DNA of 64,000 nucleotides, taken from the NCBI RefSeq assembly GCF_902713615.1, contig NC_052154.1, positions 91,953,030 through 92,017,029 of the forward strand. Direction: 5' to 3'. A program made the position numbers and the translations under genes. Source of the DNA: Scyliorhinus canicula. Taxonomy: Eukaryota. Below, piece by piece: positions 61,956 through 64,000 of this stretch. Under the pieces are notes generated by a model. It saw only the letters and a list, made by a program, of their open reading frames with translations. It was not told the DNA's origin and did not search any database. Position 1 is the stretch's first letter, and every line of letters starts with the position of its first letter.

Positions 61956-61974
61956 ATCCCGGGTTTCATCACCA
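61956..61974 (-). promoter_or_regulatory. ERV primer-binding site, tRNA-Phe type
   Basis: TGGTGATGAAACCCGGGAT vs the Phe PBS TGGTGCCGAAACCCGGGAT as recalled (2 mismatches). Confidence 0.8.
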
Positions 61975-61976
61975 AA

Positions 61977-62441
61977 TGACAAATTAATTTATTTGCCCAT
62001 CAATACCCGTCTGGCCTCAATAAAACTCGAGAGGGATTTGTAGCTATAGTATTGTATATTTTTTAACAACTTGCAAGGCTGACCCGCTCTATCGAGATTC
62101 AGAACACATGCAGTCTTCTGAAGCCTCATAAACGAGTAAAGTCGGAGACAAAGAGAACTCTGCACATATCATTCAAATTGCATCAAGTTTCACATACAAG
62201 ATTCCCATAGGTCATGCTATGTACCTCCTGACCTGTCCATATATCCTGATTGGCTCACTTTGCATTCCTCAACCCAGGGCCTCTTGTTACCCAGCATCCT
62301 TTTCACCACCCTGCACGAGGCTCCCCCCCCCCCTCCTCGCCATGCTTTGCTGAATCCCTTTGTTCTTTGTCTGTGAGCTCACTACCATCAGACTGGCTCA
62401 CATCTACATTATTCTAACTAATAATCCTATTTTATATCACA
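61977..62441 (-). repeat. ERV 5' LTR (465 bp)
   Basis: Starts TGTGATATAAAATAG, ends AATTTGTCA; contains a CCAAT box (agccaatcagg) and AATAAA near the 3' end. Confidence 0.75.
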
Positions 62442-63202
62442 TTCGTTTGTTCAATTCCTCACTAGGGCTAGTCTTTCTTTTTACCTTTCTTCGCATTCAA
62501 GCTGCTTCAATTATTTTCCATGTTGAAGCTGTTTGATCTGTAATTCAATTCTTGCCATTTCCAATGATTCTGACTGTGTCTCGAACAATTGCAAATGCTC
62601 AACTACCGCCACAATGACCTCTTCTTTTCGTATTTTGTCAGGCACTGTTAAGTGCAATGTTTTTGCGAAATCAAAAAGCCATTTTTAATCTCTGTCTGTA
62701 AGGTACTGCGTGAGACATTCTTCACCCCCCAAAACTTCTGAACCTCTGAAATAGCCATTGTCCACAACACACTCCCTTCTTAATCTGGAATACACCACCT
62801 GAAAAGCAAACACAATTATGATCGCCCTTTACTGTCTTTAAGTTCACGAAGCCAACCCAATCACGAAAGATCGAGTTTTATCCCTCGAGCCCCCAATTTG
62901 TTATGCACCAGGGTTTAGAGAACTCCATCTCGCGGAGTTCACCTGAGGTACAACTGTTTATAGATTTTGGTACGATTAGGGCCTGTCTTTCAGGTGCTAT
63001 TGAATAGAGGCCTCAAAGCACTTATCATTAAAAACAAGCTTTATTCTACAAAAGCAGTTAACATTTTTATAAACACACACAGTAAGCATGTTTATCAACT
63101 ACAAACTTAAATACCCCACACAACTACATTAGTCTATGTAACACTCGTAACAAATGTTGCCCTTCATCTGTTCCATTTTATCAACAAGATCCCAACAACA
63201 AG
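62442..63202 (-). mobile_element. Gypsy/Ty3-like LTR retrotransposon 5' end: partial LTR 63202-62899, tRNA-Pro-like PBS 62895-62880, decayed gag N-terminus from ATG 62758
   Basis: LTR ends CATAACA and contains AATAAA. PBS TGGGGGCTCGAGGGAT (Pro PBS as recalled: TGGGGGCTCGTCCGGGAT). Peptides MAISEVQKFWGVKNVSRSTLQTE and, after a frameshift, IRKEEVIVAVVEHLQLFETQSESLEMARIELQIKQL. Confidence 0.65.
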
Positions 63203-64000
63203 GAGGCGTTAGTTATGATCTTTCAAAAGTCACTGGAATCAGGGAAAGTCCCAGAGGATTGGAAAATCGCTGTTGTAACCCCCCTGTTCAAGAAGGGAAC
63301 AAGAAAAAAGATGGAAAATTATAGGCCAATTAGCCTAACCTCGGTTGTTGGCAAAATTCTAGAATCCATCGTTAAGGATGAGATTTCTAAATTCTTGGAA
63401 GTGCAGGGTCGGATTAGGACAAGTCAGCATGGATTTAGTAAGGGGAGGTCGTGCCTGACAAACCTGTTAGAGTTCTTTGAAGAGATAACAAGGAGAGCCA
63501 ATGGATGTTATCTATCTTGACTTCCAAAAGGCCTTTGACAAGGTGCCTCACGGGAGACTGCTGAGTAAAATAAGGGCCCATGGTATTCGAGGCAAGGTAC
63601 TAACATGGATTGACGATTGGCTGTCAGACGGAAGGCAGAGAGTTGGGATAAAAGGTTCTTTTTCGGAATGGCAACCGGTGACAAGTGGTGTCCCGCAGGG
63701 TTCAGTGTTGGGGCCACAGCTGTTCTCTTTATATATTAACGATCTAGATGACGGGACTGGGGGCATTATGGCCAAGTTTGCCGATGATACAAAGATAGGT
63801 GGAGGGGCAGGTAGTATTGAGGAGGTGGGGAGGCTGCAGAAAGATTTAGACAGTTTAGGAGAATGGTCCAAGAAGTGGCTGATGAAATTCAACGTGGGCA
63901 AGTGCGAGGTCTTGCACTTTGGAAAAAAGAATAGAGGCATGGACTATTTTCTAAACGGTGACAAAATTCATAATGCTAAAGTGCAAAGGGACTTGGGAGT
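63203..64000 (+). mobile_element. CR1 ORF2 RT fragment, inserted in the Gypsy LTR; continues past the window end
   Basis: EALVMIFQKSLESGKVPEDWK...NYRPISLTSVVGK...[44 protein letters not shown]. Confidence 0.95.

Larger units (their letters stand above)
60197..62441 (-). mobile_element. Class I (epsilon/gamma-like) endogenous retrovirus, 5' part only (LTR-PBS-leader-gag)
   Basis: TG...CA LTR, PBS 2 nt after the LTR, splice donor AAT|GTGAGT (61871-61866), gag with MA and CA motifs. Confidence 0.85.

Overview
Eukaryotic, repeat-dense vertebrate DNA. The repeat repertoire (CR1 LINEs with esterase ORF1, tRNA-head SINEs with CR1-like tails, Rex/Babar LINEs, intron-containing Harbinger DNA transposons) points to a cartilaginous fish, probably a catshark; this is an inference from family recognition, not a database result. 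Main content: (1) One host gene on the minus strand. It has a leader exon (28045-28120), a germline-joined VJ-type Ig exon (27595-27912) and a C1-set Ig exon (25744-26055). All junctions are phase 1 and GT-AG, and there is no RSS, so this is a non-rearranging V(J)-C1 IgSF gene. Its TM/tail exon was not found. (2) A ~17.4 kb near-identical duplication (1-17409 vs 34341-51808). The first copy ends exactly at a 100-N gap, so it is either an unpurged haplotype or a young segmental duplication. (3) A TIR-bounded two-gene Harbinger transposon (30318-36897) plus three more decayed Harbingers, several interrupted by CR1 insertions, one of which is full length. (4) A truncated class I (epsilon/gamma-like) endogenous retrovirus (LTR, tRNA-Phe-type PBS, splice donor, disrupted gag; 60197-62441). 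It is inserted into the gag of a Gypsy-like element, whose LTR is in turn cut by a CR1. No rRNA, true tRNA or CRISPR is supported. Most ORFs in the supplied track are shadow ORFs of transposons. Repeat boundaries were placed by eye and are approximate unless junction bases are quoted.
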